DNA of 26,595 nucleotides from an uncultured Oscillospiraceae bacterium (lineage in GTDB: Bacteria; Bacillota; Clostridia; Oscillospirales; Oscillospiraceae): positions 1 to 26,595 of the forward strand of contig CAZFXB010000003.1 in the NCBI GenBank assembly GCA_964522835.1. Reading direction: 5' to 3'. Shown here in pieces: positions 25,163 through 26,595 of the stretch. Made by a program: the position numbers and the translations under genes. Within the stretch, counting starts at the first letter, position 1; every line of letters starts with the position of its first letter. Below the pieces are notes generated by a model, which saw only the letters and a program-made list of their open reading frames with translations, searched no databases and was not told the origin of the DNA.

Positions 25163-25222
25163 GATAACGATAATCATTATTGATTGTGTCTAAATTATAT
25201 CAGATGAATTTCTATTTGTAAA
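25163..25222 (-). promoter_or_regulatory. sigmaA promoter plus Fur/Per-type box of the perR-rubrerythrin operon
   Basis: TTTACA (25217-25222)-17 nt-TATAAT (25194-25199); GATAACGATAATCATTATT (25163-25181) matches the 19-bp Fur consensus at 17/19. Confidence 0.8.
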
Positions 25223-25365
25223 GAGGTTTTTAAAAGTTTTTTTGTATAAAACAGTCCTACAATTTTTAGACACATTGACGAAGCGAACCGTCTTTCCCCC
25301 TTCACCTTGTCTCCCGCCATGGCGCATCTCCCGTTCTGCCGCTGCCCCGGATGCCCTTTGAAAGT

Positions 25366-25401
25366 AAAAACTTCCGGCACCCCCAACGGGATACCGGAAG
25401 T
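25366..25401 (-). terminator. groEL terminator
   Basis: ACTTCCGG..CCC / GGG..CCGGAAGT stem followed by TTTTT on the minus strand. Confidence 0.65.
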
Positions 25402-25436
25402 CATTTTTATTATACCTCTGTCGGTCAGATTTGATC

Positions 25437-26591
25437 TTAGTACATGCCGGAGCCAGCGGCAGCCTGTGCCTGAGCGGCAGCAATGGCAGCATCCTGCTGG
25501 GGATTGGGCTTATCGCAAACCAGGCTCTCAGTGGTGAGGACGCAGGAAGCGATGGAAGCTGCGTTCTCCAGAGCACAACGGGTTACCTTGGTGGGATCCA
25601 CAATGCCCTTAACGATCATGTCGCAGTACTCCTCGGTGTAAGCGTTGTAGCCATAGCCAACCTTGCCGGAGTTCATGATCCGGTCAAAGATCACGGAGCC
25701 GTCTACGCCTGCGTTGTAAGCAATCTGGCGGACAGGGGCCTCCAGAGCCTTGGCAACGATCTGAGCGCCGGTCTTCTCGTCACCCTCCAGGGTAGCAACC
25801 AGAGCAGAAACAGCGGAGATGGCGTTGACATAAGCGGTACCGCCGCCAGCCACAATGCCCTCTTCAACAGCAGCCCGGGTAGCGTTCAGTGCATCCTCGA
25901 TCCGGAGCTTCATCTCACGCATCTCGGTCTCAGTCTGTGCGCCAACCTTAATGACAGCAACACCGCCGGACAGCTTTGCCAGCCGCTCCATCAGCTTTTC
26001 CTTGTCGTACTCGGACTCAGTTACAGCGATGGCAGCCTGAATCTCATGGATCCGGTTCTGGATGGCAGCGGGAGCACCATTGCCGCCTACGATGGTGGTG
26101 TTGTCCTTGGTGATCTTAACCTGATGGGCAGTACCCAACTGGTTGTAGGTCATGTCCTTCAGATCCATATCGAGATCGCCGGTGATAACCTCGCCGCCGG
26201 TCAGGATTGCGATATCCTTCAGCATCTCCTTACGACGGTCGCCGTAACCGGGAGCCTTTACGCAGGCCACATTCAGCACGCCACGGATCTTGTTCACCAG
26301 CAGTGTGGACAGGGCCTCGCCCTCCACATCCTCAGCGATAATGACCAGCTTCTGACCGGCCTTCATAACCTGCTCCAGAATGGGCAGCAGATCCTGAATG
26401 CTGGAGATCTTCTTATCGGTAATCAGCAGCAGTGCGTCATCCATAATGCAGTCCATGGTCTCAGCATCAGTGGCCATGTAGGGGGAGATATAGCCCCGGT
26501 CAAACTGCATGCCTTCTACCACCTCAAGCTGGGTCTCAGCAGTCTTGCCCTCTTCGATGGTGATAACACCGTTGGTGGTAACCTTCTCCAT
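25437..26591 (-). CDS. groEL: Chaperonin GroEL, 3' part (5'-truncated by window edge)
   Basis: [59 protein letters not shown]. Confidence 0.97.
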   Translation of the reverse strand: MEKVTTNGVITIEEGKTAETQLEVVEGMQFDRGYISPYMATDAETMDCIMDDALLLITDKKISSIQDLLPILEQVMKAGQKLVIIAEDVEGEALSTLLVNKIRGVLNVACVKAPGYGDRRKEMLKDIAILTGGEVITGDLDMDLKDMTYNQLGTAHQVKITKDNTTIVGGNGAPAAIQNRIHEIQAAIAVTESEYDKEKLMERLAKLSGGVAVIKVGAQTETEMREMKLRIEDALNATRAAVEEGIVAGGGTAYVNAISAVSALVATLEGDEKTGAQIVAKALEAPVRQIAYNAGVDGSVIFDRIMNSGKVGYGYNAYTEEYCDMIVKGIVDPTKVTRCALENAASIASCVLTTESLVCDKPNPQQDAAIAAAQAQAAAGSGMY

Positions 26592-26595
26592 AGCC

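Overview
Window from a moderately GC-rich clostridial chromosome (Oscillospiraceae-like gene and repeat content; taxon is inference). The main feature is a ~14 kb phage-derived cluster (3667-17632) set tightly between nagZ and metG. It holds 19 intact, often translationally coupled minus-strand genes for a head plus contractile tail: small and large terminase, portal, protease/scaffold, decoration, HK97-fold capsid, neck, sheath, tube, chaperone, a 170-aa gene at the tape-measure position, LysM, hub, spike and baseplate. A PBSX-like switch sits upstream: a divergent Xre repressor, a near-consensus sigmaA promoter with an operator in its spacer, three small early genes ending in a sigma70-region-4 HTH protein, a terminator and then the late operon. 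No integrase, att repeat, replication, lysis or tail-fibre gene is seen. The best reading is a domesticated, minimal, gene-transfer-agent-like or PBSX-like particle rather than a mobile prophage. The rest holds a C-type-lectin surface protein, nagZ, metG, rqcP/yabO, a GT2, intergenic palindromic repeats, a ~1.5 kb HTH-regulated islet bounded by a duplicated gene 3' end, a perR-reverse rubrerythrin operon with a Fur/Per-type box, and the 3' part of groEL. All protein calls come from motif recognition and gene order; no database search was run.
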